NCBI GenBank assembly: GCA_002633005.1
Contig: NMRA01000447.1
Location: 37,791 to 79,200 of the forward strand
Reading direction: 5' to 3'
DNA: 41,410 nucleotides
DNA from: Phoronis australis
Taxonomy: Eukaryota > Animalia > Phoronida
This document shows, piece after piece, positions 26,434 through 37,000 of the stretch. Each line of letters starts with the position of its first letter. The stretch's first letter is position 1. The translations under genes and the position numbers were made by a program. The notes beneath the pieces were generated by a model. It had not been told where the DNA came from, made no database searches, and worked only from the letters and a program-made list of their open reading frames with translations.

Positions 26434-28383
26434 ATGGTTTTCCGTGGTAGGATGATGCGAACCGTGACTGTTGCAATTTCACTCGTTATCGTATTAGTCA
26501 TTTTATTGCAAAATGCATCCCGCCTTTATATTCGTCAGCACGAACATCCAAGAGAAAATGAGCACAGACCGACTGAACCTCTTGCCTCAGCGGCCAGAGC
26601 TTACAAAGGAAACGAAAGCCAAGTGGCTTGTCTTTATCCAAATTTGGACCCTTGGGACAAGGCATTGACGAATCTTCTGAAGGACTCCCCGCCATTAAAG
26701 TGTGCAGCATCAGATAAAAACTGGGTTGAACTTGTTGATGGAAAAATTGTTATCATGCCTTTTACAAAAAAATTCGGGACTGTATCGTGCCGAGTTACTC
26801 CGTTTACGAGGTTTTCAGATTACGACACACGCGAACAAAAGGAAATTCCAATGGCTAACAACACCGTGTTGCCATCCGATTTCTTTCGAGTAAGGTGCTC
26901 GGCAGGAAATGGGTCGCATATCTACAATAACATCCACGCTGGTGTGCGCATAGAAAAAAGTTTCCTCAAGTGTAGACTTTTAACTAAGGATGGTTTGGGA
27001 TTGAATGTTCTTATGATAGGACTGGACTCAGTGTCCAGGATGACATTCATGCGAAAATTACCAAAAACAGTCAAATACCTCACGAATGTTTTGGGCACTG
27101 TTATACTGAAGGGGTACAACATAGTTGGTGATGGTACACCCCAAGCATTGATTCCAGTTTTGACTGGACGAACTGAGCTGGAGTTACCGCGAGCTTTGAA
27201 ACGACTAAAAAACGGTGTATCGTGTGACGTCTTCCCAATGGTGTGGAAAAACTTTTCAGAAAAGGGCTACGTGACAGCCTTTGGAGAGGACGAGGTTGGC
27301 TACGGAACCTTTACATATCGTATGAACGGCTTCACAAAGCAGCCAACAGACCATTATATGAGAACCTTCTATAATAAACTGAAGAAAAAAGAACATAAAC
27401 CCTACTGCATTGGAGATCGTCCTCGATTTAGAGTTGCTTTGGATAATATCCGTGAATTCATGGAAACTTATAGAAGTTGTCCGAGGTTTGGTTTCATGTT
27501 TCATAACGAGATAAGTCATGGTGGTAGTGAACTACTTCATACAGCTGACGATGATTTAGTTGAAACGCTGAAAAAAATGAGAAATAGCGGATTGCTTGAC
27601 AATACCATGCTTATCGTTATGTCAGATCACGGGGCAAGGTTTAGTAAACTTCGACAAACGGTACAAGGAAAGCAAGAAGAAAGAAATCCTTTCTTTTCGT
27701 TTACGTTTCCCCAATGGTTCGCGACAAAACACCAGAAAGCATTCAGCAATGTCATAAAAAACTCAGAGCGGCTTGTAACTCCATTTGATATATACCCTAC
27801 TCTCATGGACATGCTTGACTTCCGTGGCACAGAAATGGGCGACAAGACAAAACGAGGAATAAGCATTTTTCAAGAAATTCCATTAAGTAGAACGTGCAAA
27901 GATGCTGGAGTGGAGCCGCATTGGTGTAACTGTCTTCAATGGAAAGCAATAAACAATACGGATGACAGAGTTAGAGGAGCATCTTTGAAACTAGTGGAAC
28001 ACATAAATGAACTAACGAAACCAAAAAGGTCGATATGTCTTGAATTGTCTCTAAAGAACATAATCCAAAGCTCTATTTATGAATTGCCTAAGGAAATGTT
28101 AGCCTTTCAAAAGACTGTGGATCTAGACGGTTTTAAACCGGACCTCAGTGGAAAGATGCGCTCAGAGAAGGAAGTGTTTCAAATTGTTATCAGTACAACA
28201 CCGAATAATGGGTTGTATGAAAGTAGTGTTGTACGCAATGTTGCAAGCAATGTCTATACCGTTCGCACGAGTGATATCAGTAGGACAAATTCATATGGCG
28301 AAGACGCTCATTGCGTGGTGAATACGGAAGAGCAGTTGAGAAAATTTTGTCTTTGTCGTGATCGCTTGCGGCAGACGTCATAA
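26434..28383 (+). CDS. DUF229-family protein (alkaline phosphatase/sulfatase superfamily), predicted type II membrane or secretory-pathway protein, 649 aa
   Basis: Long uninterrupted ORF with an N-terminal hydrophobic anchor (VTVAISLVIVLVILL). Motifs NVLMIGLDSVSR, GYNIVGDGT, MSDHG, LVTPFDIYPTL, CxxAGVEPHWCNC and a C-terminal FCLC are typical of animal DUF229 proteins. A pyrimidine tract plus CAG acceptor ends at 26350, implying an upstream 5' UTR exon. Confidence 0.9.
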   Translation: MVFRGRMMRTVTVAISLVIVLVILLQNASRLYIRQHEHPRENEHRPTEPLASAARAYKGNESQVACLYPNLDPWDKALTNLLKDSPPLKCAASDKNWVELVDGKIVIMPFTKKFGTVSCRVTPFTRFSDYDTREQKEIPMANNTVLPSDFFRVRCSAGNGSHIYNNIHAGVRIEKSFLKCRLLTKDGLGLNVLMIGLDSVSRMTFMRKLPKTVKYLTNVLGTVILKGYNIVGDGTPQALIPVLTGRTELELPRALKRLKNGVSCDVFPMVWKNFSEKGYVTAFGEDEVGYGTFTYRMNGFTKQPTDHYMRTFYNKLKKKEHKPYCIGDRPRFRVALDNIREFMETYRSCPRFGFMFHNEISHGGSELLHTADDDLVETLKKMRNSGLLDNTMLIVMSDHGARFSKLRQTVQGKQEERNPFFSFTFPQWFATKHQKAFSNVIKNSERLVTPFDIYPTLMDMLDFRGTEMGDKTKRGISIFQEIPLSRTCKDAGVEPHWCNCLQWKAINNTDDRVRGASLKLVEHINELTKPKRSICLELSLKNIIQSSIYELPKEMLAFQKTVDLDGFKPDLSGKMRSEKEVFQIVISTTPNNGLYESSVVRNVASNVYTVRTSDISRTNSYGEDAHCVVNTEEQLRKFCLCRDRLRQTS

Positions 28384-28479
28384 CGTTTTGTGAAACGAAG
28401 CGTTTAACTGAAACCACGGCTGCTCTTTATGAAGCACCAAATGATTCTGAAACGACTGCTTTTACTGCGCCCTGAAATG

Positions 28480-28985
28480 GGCTTGTTCAACATGCGCATT
28501 TGCTTAATCAAAGCGCTGAATTAGTTATTGAGCGCGTTGAATTGGGTCGTATGAACGAGCATCTTTCTGCTCTTATTCAAAGCGAATTTTGTTTAATCAA
28601 CGCGAAGTTTTCCTTAATCAACACCTAGTGTTGCTTAATCAACGCTCTGAATTAGTTATTCGTTATCCAATCAAATTTAAAGTTTACATTCAGTACAAAA
28701 TTAACGGCACTCTAATTTACGTGCTCAACCGCATGTAGATAGTCTTCCGCAATTTGAGATTTAAGAGTACGGGTGTGAGTGGATTATACGAACAAATTGA
28801 ACGTGCGTTGAATAAGCAATACATGTAGTATGCGTTGAATAAAAACCGAAATCGTTTAAGAACGAATCCAGCGCGTTGAATATACAATTCATCGCGTTGA
28901 TTAAGCAATATAAGTTGCCGATTGAACCAAATGTGCGCGCTGAATAAATACATTTCAACACGCCGAAATGTGCTCGCTTAAGAAT
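28480..28985. repeat. Inverted array of short degenerate repeats 3' of the DUF229 gene
   Basis: ttaatcaa(c/a)gc-type units in 28500-28650 and the reverse form gcgttga(a/t)ta in 28800-28950. Confidence 0.6.
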
Positions 28986-29847
28986 CCTTTGACGCTTCAC
29001 TGTTCCTGCCTTGGCACATTTGACGGTAATTAGGTAATGGTGTGTGGGTGTACGGGTGTGCAAAACCTAATATCACTTGGCAAACGACAAGTATGATTTC
29101 ATTTTATCCGAAGAATTACTTGATAAGTCGTGAAAGTCAGGTAAAGATTATGTACAGTATAATAGGGTCTGCGTATTTCGTCAAACATCTATAATTCTAT
29201 ATATTTTAACTCAGTATAAACGTAGAAAGCCTTAAAATTTTAATAATAACGAATATTCTAACACTGGGTCACTTGACCATACCTTTTTTCAATAAAATTC
29301 AGCAAAAAGATACAGTCATAGCAAAAATAAAACAGTAAAAGTAGCATGTACCACATTTCGCTCGATATACACTGTACATGTACGATTCGTTTCATTGNTA
29401 AATTGTAGGCTTGCCATTCTTTGGTTTCACGGAACGTTAATACTAATGAGGCGGCCCCATAACGATTTGAGATGACTTTCTATTTTTTCACTTAATTAAT
29501 AGAAATGACAGCGTGTGAATTTCGAAGATATCATCGATTTATTTTAAACAACGCAAATTACTCTAGTCACTTTTAGTGTCAAGCCGAGGCGCATATTTTA
29601 ATATGTTTGACATCGGTAGGTGCACTTGCTGGATTATTTGTGTACATGGTAACATAACTTCTCCGTGCCCTGTATAGCAGATTCTCTTTGAGAACATACG
29701 GCATTAGTATTATACGGCGTTTTATGCATGAACAGAATTTTGGTCCACCCTCAAAGCGGTCACCTGGCGCCCCAAAAGTGTTTTGAAACTACCAAAAAGC
29801 TCCTTTGCACAACTGTATGTAATCTTCTGTTATGAGTGCAAGGTGCG

Positions 29848-30014
29848 CAAGGGCGGATCCAGGATTTTGAGCTGGGGGGGCGGGGTAGGGCAGAGTATCA
29901 GCCAGGATTTTGCAGGTCAGACATTTGAACCCCCGAAGTTCCAAATGGAACATGGGAAAATATTAGGGGGAGGGCATGGCTCCCTTGCCCCCCCCCCCCT
30001 TAAATCCGCCACAA
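29848..30014 (-). mobile_element. Same MITE family, full copy, at the left edge of the GPCR duplication
   Basis: Reverse-complement match to 9706-9868 (gggcggatccaggattttgag...aatccgccac). Confidence 0.75.
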
Positions 30015-32207
30015 GTGTCTGCACTAGCTTTTCCTTTTGTTTGCGTGCACTTGATTTTGATGGGAAGCCTACGCGTAACTACGTTTTGTGTACGCATATA
30101 GTTTTTAAGACTAAGTGAGCAAAGGATATCACCGAGAGCAAAACTAGTAGCATTGCTTACATTACTGTATGTAGGCTACATGAAAATAAGCTGGTCTCTT
30201 GTTGAAAAAACAATACATTGATGACCTTGTGGTCAAATAGTTTATTTCAGCCGTGACGTAGCTCACTTCCCCTGCATGGCGCAAACGAACGAAACTGGCC
30301 AAGGACAGGCAGACTTTGGGAAAATGTGGATATACTTCTTCCCGTTTCAGTTGATCATTACGATATCGGCTGTTATAGGCAACATCTGCGTGATAACATT
30401 TACTACCCAAACTCTGCGCGGAAGATTCAAGTCCGGAATCCGATGGTGCATGAGTGCGTCCGTTCTCACGTTGGCCTGTATAATTTGGAGAGATACATGG
30501 AGTTGTGCTGCAAACCACCAAAGAAACTTAACTTGAAATGGTCCATAATAGGCATATGGGTTACTTCCGTGTTTTCTTTCATCGTTCCCATAATTCGATG
30601 GAAGGATCGCGAAGTCAATCCATACGTGGTACTTTGCACTGTGAATTACCCACCAGAGTTGATCTGGATGCAGATTACTGACAATATACTACATGTATGT
30701 GGTCTATATTAGTAGCTGCTCTCACCGTCATTTGTTTTTGCTACGTTGCGATTTTCAAAACTGTCCGACGAACAATTTGTCTCAGCACAAAGTTTGGATT
30801 CAGGTCAAAAGTTAAAGCTTGTCAGTTCCAGAGAAAAGTGAACTTCATGTTAGCATCGTGTGTCATTGCGTTCGCTGTTTGTTGGACGCCGATAATAACG
30901 TACATGTGCGTGATGTCCAGTCCACAGATACGAATACCAGACGTTCCGAGAGCAATCAGTCTACTCGTAACCTGGATGACATTTCTCAACGGTGCTGCCA
31001 ATCCCAATTATCTACTGCCTTTTTGCAAGCAATTCCGACAAGGATTCCTTTCAATAATGACATGTGCAAAATGTAGAACTGAGAAAGTCTACGAAAAAAC
31101 CTAGTTCAGTCTACAACAGTGACGCCATGTGGAGGATTCGGTGGATTATCTACAATTGACGTGACGTAATCTAGCCAAAGAACAGCCCACCTTAGACTAC
31201 CAGTGTTTAAAAGGCAGAGACCACTAGCATGAAACAGCCTCAAACGGGGATTCAATCATGTTCCCTAAATTTTTAGGGCATTTGTGCAAAAACTCATTGT
31301 CTTCTAATGTGCTATCTTCATTTTTTTAGCTTTGACACGTATCCAGAATAAATTCAATGTTGAATTCTACAGAAATTAAATAATGTCACAGTCATGCTAC
31401 GCCCCTAATTTAAAGACCAATCCCGTTTACTTTCGATGAAATAAGCGTAGTTTTCAAATATATTTTTAGAAAGAGGACCTAATTACGAAGATAAACAGAT
31501 GCAAAATTACACTACTAGTGAATAGACAGTCCACCCAGCACTATAAATGCCCAGAAAGTTTAAGGAGCACAGTAGAGCGCTAACAATTCTGCGCAACCAG
31601 TCACGGGGATCTTCAGCAGATAGGGTCGCTTTGTGGATATTTACTAGGAGACAGCTTAATTGAGCACAAAAACTTAGACCGAGACCAATGGTTCTGACTA
31701 AACGTTGTTCTTAACAAGAGCAACGGAGACCGTTCAAAGGAGCCTTTTCTCTATTCTCTGTAAGAACACACACTGTTCTATGACAAATTTAATAATAATC
31801 TTTACAGTGGTTTAGCGAATTAACTGGACACATGGCAAAAAAAAGCTTCAAAAACAGTAAAAAATGGCAACTAGCCAGTGCAAAATACGTCATATCCTTC
31901 CGAAAACGGAAACGTCACATCGTTTCTTTAATAGAAACCTATTAACCATATTGCATAAAAATCCATTCAGGAACTCCAAAGAAAAACAGGAAAATTGAGA
32001 AAATTGCCACCAGAGAGTACAGCGTTCGTTGTATCCGTCAGAGTCATTGTAGTCTGTTGTCAACTTCATATAAACACTCTTGCTAAACTTAATAAATATC
32101 CTGCGGTGGGTTTAGGAGATGCAGCTATGGGCGCAAAAAACTGCCACTAGGCGGCGCCAGAGTAGTCGAAGTTATGAGAAAATGATTGTCAACCGTTTTC
32201 TTCACAT
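30007..32207 (+). repeat. Direct segmental duplication, copy 2 (matches 2038-4152)
   Basis: Same alignment; this copy has an extra 260 bp between TTAA sites at 31560 and 31820. Confidence 0.95.
30276..31104 (+). pseudogene. Class A GPCR, copy 2 (TM2 deleted, several indels)
   Basis: Near-identical to copy 1. It lacks copy-1 bases 2467-2633, has a -1 indel at ~30481, a +6 insertion at 30692-30697, a -1 indel at ~30711 (tattagtag vs tattacgtag) and an extra C at ~31005. Confidence 0.85.
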
Positions 32208-32965
32208 CATCCTTAGAGTAGTTAAGGTTCATAGAGGGGCGGGCACCAAAAACAGACTCGAAAACAGTAAAAATGGCCACTAGGTTGCACAAAATACCTT
32301 GAATCCATCCGAAAATGGGAGGATAGCATCAGGTCACTAGTACATGCCTGTGCGCCAAACTTGAAAATCCACTGACCACCTTTGAAGATAGTGATAAACG
32401 TAAAAAATAAAATTGCCACTAGGGGGCACAACAGTTGTCGGATGCATCCAAACTTCAAAGTCAGCTTCATAGGAACACATCTGCCAAATCTCTTCAAGAT
32501 CCTGCAAGGGCTTTACGAGATACAGCTATGGGCGCAAAACAAAAAAAAATTGCCACTAGGAGGCGCCACAATAGTCAGTCGTCGGACAACCAACGTCAAC
32601 CCTCCTAAGAACATATATGTCAATTTTCACAATCATCCTTAGAGTGGTTCAGTTGATAGAGGGGCGGACACCAAAAACAGATTCGATAACACTAAAATGG
32701 CCACTAGGTGGTGCAAAATACCTTGAACAAGAGAATAGTGTCATCTCACTAATAAATGCCTATGTACCAAATTTCATGAAAATCCATTAGTGACTTTTGA
32801 AGATACAGAGGTAAACGTAAAAAACTATAATTCCCACAAGAGGGCACACCGGTAGTTGGATCCGGCTGAAATTCGTTGTGCAGTCGGTAGCCTCATAGGA
32901 ACACATCTTCCAAATCTCATCAAGATCCTGTAAGGGGTTAGGAGATACAGCAGTGGACATCAGAC
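31780..32965 (+). mobile_element. Same repeat family, longest copy, with recurring subunits
   Basis: Recurring blocks gccactag, ggagatacagc, cataggaacacatct.ccaaatctc.tcaagatcctg and catccttagagt...atagaggggcgg.caccaaaa. Confidence 0.65.
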
Positions 32966-33631
32966 GCCCAGAGAGAAATGGGGACAATATGCAACCACAT
33001 AATAAATGAACACCTTCTTAGAGATGGCATGTTAAACCACCACTACAAGTTCTGGGAAGTCCACAATATGTCCACACAACAGCAGAAATTTGCATTGCTT
33101 GCATACAATGGGCGGGCATGCATGCGTGTGGTCACACCAATTTACTTTTAAGAGAAAGCCTGAATTTTATTGACTGCTAATCCATTAATATTTTTTACAA
33201 TACATCTTTAAATTCAGATAGGTACAAGTTGAAAAATAANCCGGTAGTTGGATCCGGCCGAAATTCGTTGTGCAGTCGGTAGCCTCATAGGAACACATCT
33301 TCCAAATCCCATCAAGATCCTGTAAGGGGTTAGGAGATACAGCAGTGGACATCAGACGCCCAGAGAGAAATGGGGACAATATGCAACCACATAATAAATG
33401 AACACCTTCTTAGAGATGGCATGTTAAACCACCACTACAAGTTCTGGGAAGTCCACAATATGTCCACACAACAGCAGAAATTTGCATTGCTTGCATACAA
33501 TGGGCGGGCATGCATGCGTGTGGTCACACCAATTTACTTTTAAGAGAAAGCCTGAATTTTATTGACTGCTAATCCATTAATATTTTTTACAATACATCTT
33601 TAAATTCAGATAGGTACAAGTTGAAAAATAA
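32849..33631 (+). repeat. 391 bp direct duplication around N33240 (probable assembly overlap)
   Basis: 32849-33239 and 33241-33631 are identical except for two T/C differences that I could see. Confidence 0.9.
33558..33563 (-). promoter_or_regulatory. Candidate polyadenylation signal of EIF2S2
   Basis: AATAAA on the minus strand about 345 nt downstream of the stop codon. Confidence 0.45.
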
Positions 33632-33906
33632 CCCATTTTGAAGCTCAACCCCCATAGGACACAATGAAAGAGTCAGAAATTGCCAAGAAATCAGTCAAAC
33701 AGTTGTCAACCACACTGCTTTTGATAACTTGAAAGATCAAGTCACAAAGATGTGTGACTTCAATCCACTGGTGACAGGCACCCGAGGTCACTAGAAGCGA
33801 CTGAAGTACAGAAGACCTCACTACAGTTTGCTCATCATAACAACTTGAACCAACCACAATGACTTGGTGAATATAAAATGTTGTATTACATAAGTCCAGT
33901 GAGCGC

Positions 33907-34085
33907 TCATGTGGTGTTCTTTGCACGCATGGCTGCACGTTTGCCTGTAACAGCCTGGAAACCGGACTTTATGCTGGCCACTGAACAGCGCGACCCGCAC
34001 GTCTCACACTGTAGGAAGTAGAGACGCGTGTCTTTTTGGAGAATAGTATCAGGTGAGCGGCACGTGTGACAAGTCACATATTCCT
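33907..34085 (-). CDS. EIF2S2: EIF2S2 last coding exon (zinc ribbon)
   Basis: ttttcag|(K)[61 protein letters not shown]. Confidence 0.95.
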
Positions 34086-37000
34086 CTGAAAAGAGAATAT
34101 TTTGCGTGATACAAGATATGAAATAAATAGTTACAGTTCAACAATGTTACAACAGCATAGGCAGCCATTTTCACCAAGGCCAAACAAATCGTGTTATAAA
34201 ATGTGACGTAGACAAAACCTTTCACAGTTTAAAGTGTGATAATGAAGGTTCATTTTTTGATATGCCACTGGTGAGCATTGCTTTTGCTATAATTTGAAAA
34301 AACATAAGTTATTTTATACATATAAAAGCATTCAGAGATTTCTTTTAAAAACAATTTTCTTATTTTTCATTTTTTGTCTACAACACACGTGTGTATTTGC
34401 ATACACAGTAGCTACTCCGTTACACAATGAATCTTATGAATCTTCCACTGCTTTCCTAACACTCCCCGCAAATTCATTGTAGCTAAACCAACTTGCATAC
34501 GGAGCAGCTGCCTTGGGACTTACCAAATGGAACATTACCAGCGAGCCATTGTTGCTAACTGTCATGATTTCTCATGAAATTATTTGAGTGCAAGTTTCAT
34601 CATTTCCTATGAGGTACAACTGTCCCAACAAAACAGTTAATGTTATATAACAATTCCGGGACATCTCTTTGGTGTTTACTATGTCACTGACCAGTGCCCA
34701 CTCATGCCAAACCGCTGTCCAGACTCCATTCATGCTTATGCTTTGGATGAAATCACCGGAACTTTCAATATTGTTGCTGTTTGCACTCACAACCCAAACA
34801 TATTTCTATTCACTATATATATTTTAGTTAGACTTAATAAACTTTGTGTGTCAGTAGAAACTTTCAACGACTGTGTTAGTTTTATGCTGCTCTCCATCGA
34901 CTTGCTGCTGCTACCTTGTTAGCCAACTATCAAGCGTTCAACCAAGAACCGGGTAACTCAACTATACTACCACGACCATCCCCACATTACTGGAACCCGT
35001 GTCCCCACATAACTGGATCCCTATTCTCCACACTAACCAGGTAGGCTGGAAACAATTCGACTCTCACCTAATCATAAACAACAAAAAAATGGGGAAGAAG
35101 GTCAAAGAGCAAGGACAAGTCATCACTACTGAAACATTTTAAAGTCAAATTGAACAAAGTAGGTTGTTGAGTGCAACTTAAAGCTTCCTTAAGCCCTTTT
35201 CGCACCACCTAATATTGGAGTAAATGCAACAGTCAATATACTGCAGTATCAGTTAACTTTCCCAATGAAAGACAGCATACAGTGCATTACAATAGTGCAC
35301 CAGGTGTAACTGAACATGTAATTCTCCATTATATAACAATCTAGCAATCTGCCACCTACATTTGCTGGCTCACTTTTACTGCAATAGAGTAGGATTAGGG
35401 GTGCAAAGTTACGTATTTTGCTATGGTTCTTATTATACCTGTTTTCAAGCAAATTTGTTACGTCCGTCGTTATTATAGAACAGAATCATGTTTTACACCA
35501 CAATTTACTGCGTTTGAGCCTTTCTCGAATGTTACTGTCGTTTCGTGCAAAACGGGGTGTGAACATTTAAAGTGTACGTAACATGACTCTAGTACATGTA
35601 CCTCAGAATAAATTTTATTATTATATCTTACTTGATTTCAGTGCCTTTAGTGCACAGTTCATAAAGAAACACGTACAAATTGAAGAAAATAATAATTATG
35701 TACAATGTCATGGGTTGAACCCAAGTCGTTCGGCACACTGTTCGGATCAGCAACTAAGTGTATAGAGTGAGTGAAAGTAAAGTATATTTAGCGTCGAGAA
35801 GGTTCGTAGAGGGATGAAAAGATGTGTTTGCGGAGGCTGCAGCAACAGCAGTCAGATGGAGAACGTCTCGGTGTTCCGAAGGACACCAAAGTTCGCAGTA
35901 GTGGCATCACTTCGAGCGCCGAACGAGAGTGTAAGACCTCAGCGTGGACCAAGCGATTCTGTCCGGAGCCACTCTGTGTTCTGCCCACTTTGAGGAGTCG
36001 TGTTTCGACTCCAATCAGAGGAGATGTTACGATGAAGGCCTGGTTCAATAAAGGACAATATTTACTATTCAGAAACATTGGTTCTTTATTCAGGATCGTC
36101 TGTTGGATGACTGGGTTGACTGGCCGAGCCCGAGGCCGCTTCTCTCGCGGGAGGATCCAGTTTGTAAGGCCTCAAAGTAGAAAAGTACGCAGCTGAAAAC
36201 ATATCAAACTCGTTCTCGCTTTCATGCAACCCCATTTCGTCATCCTGGCCACCATTCTCTTACGTTTCTTCATAGTATTTCTTCATTTCTTGCTCATAAT
36301 CGTTGTCGCTTTCAAATTCCCTACTCTCCGCCGTTGTTCAATGCTAGTCGCTGATTTCTTGTGTTCAACGCATGATGTCACATGGCGGAAAATGTGAAAA
36401 TTGGCAAAATTGAAAGAGAAATCAAAATTTCGAGCTAATGACACAAAACAATCATAGATTTGGCTAAATTTTACGTCATAAATTTAGTCTGTGGCCACCG
36501 GTAATTCGAAATGTGCAAAAATCCATGGTGTGTACTGTTTAAGGAAAAGAGCTTAGTCAATTTTTAAGTCAAGTTTCCAGTAAAGTTTAATGGGCTTGTA
36601 CTCTCTCAACCCTTCTTCCCCATTGGTGAGTTCACCTGGCTGGCTGAACACTTACTTATATAACTCCTGAGTACGCTTTCTATTTGTTTTTGCAGGAACC
36701 TGCCTTTGATGATTAACTGATTCATTCCATCGAGGGAGCCACTGGTGCCCAGTTCAGTGAGGAGGAAATTTAGCAAGTGTTTTGGCTGCCTGTGTAACCT
36801 GAAATAATAATAAAAACTATCTCGCGACTGTCATTCCGGCAATGCCAGAGGGGGAATTAGATGATGGAAAATGTTGTTCACTCAGGTCTGCCTTCTGTTG
36901 AAGCAAGAAGCTCGCAGAAACATCAGATTAAAAGCGAACCACATGATCACACAAACTCACAAAATTCTCGTGTCTACAGAACAATGCCCAAGTGAAGGAC

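Noticed and set aside
28480-28985. CRISPR-like array
   Set aside because: Eukaryotic context; the repeats are degenerate, inverted and lack regular unique spacers.
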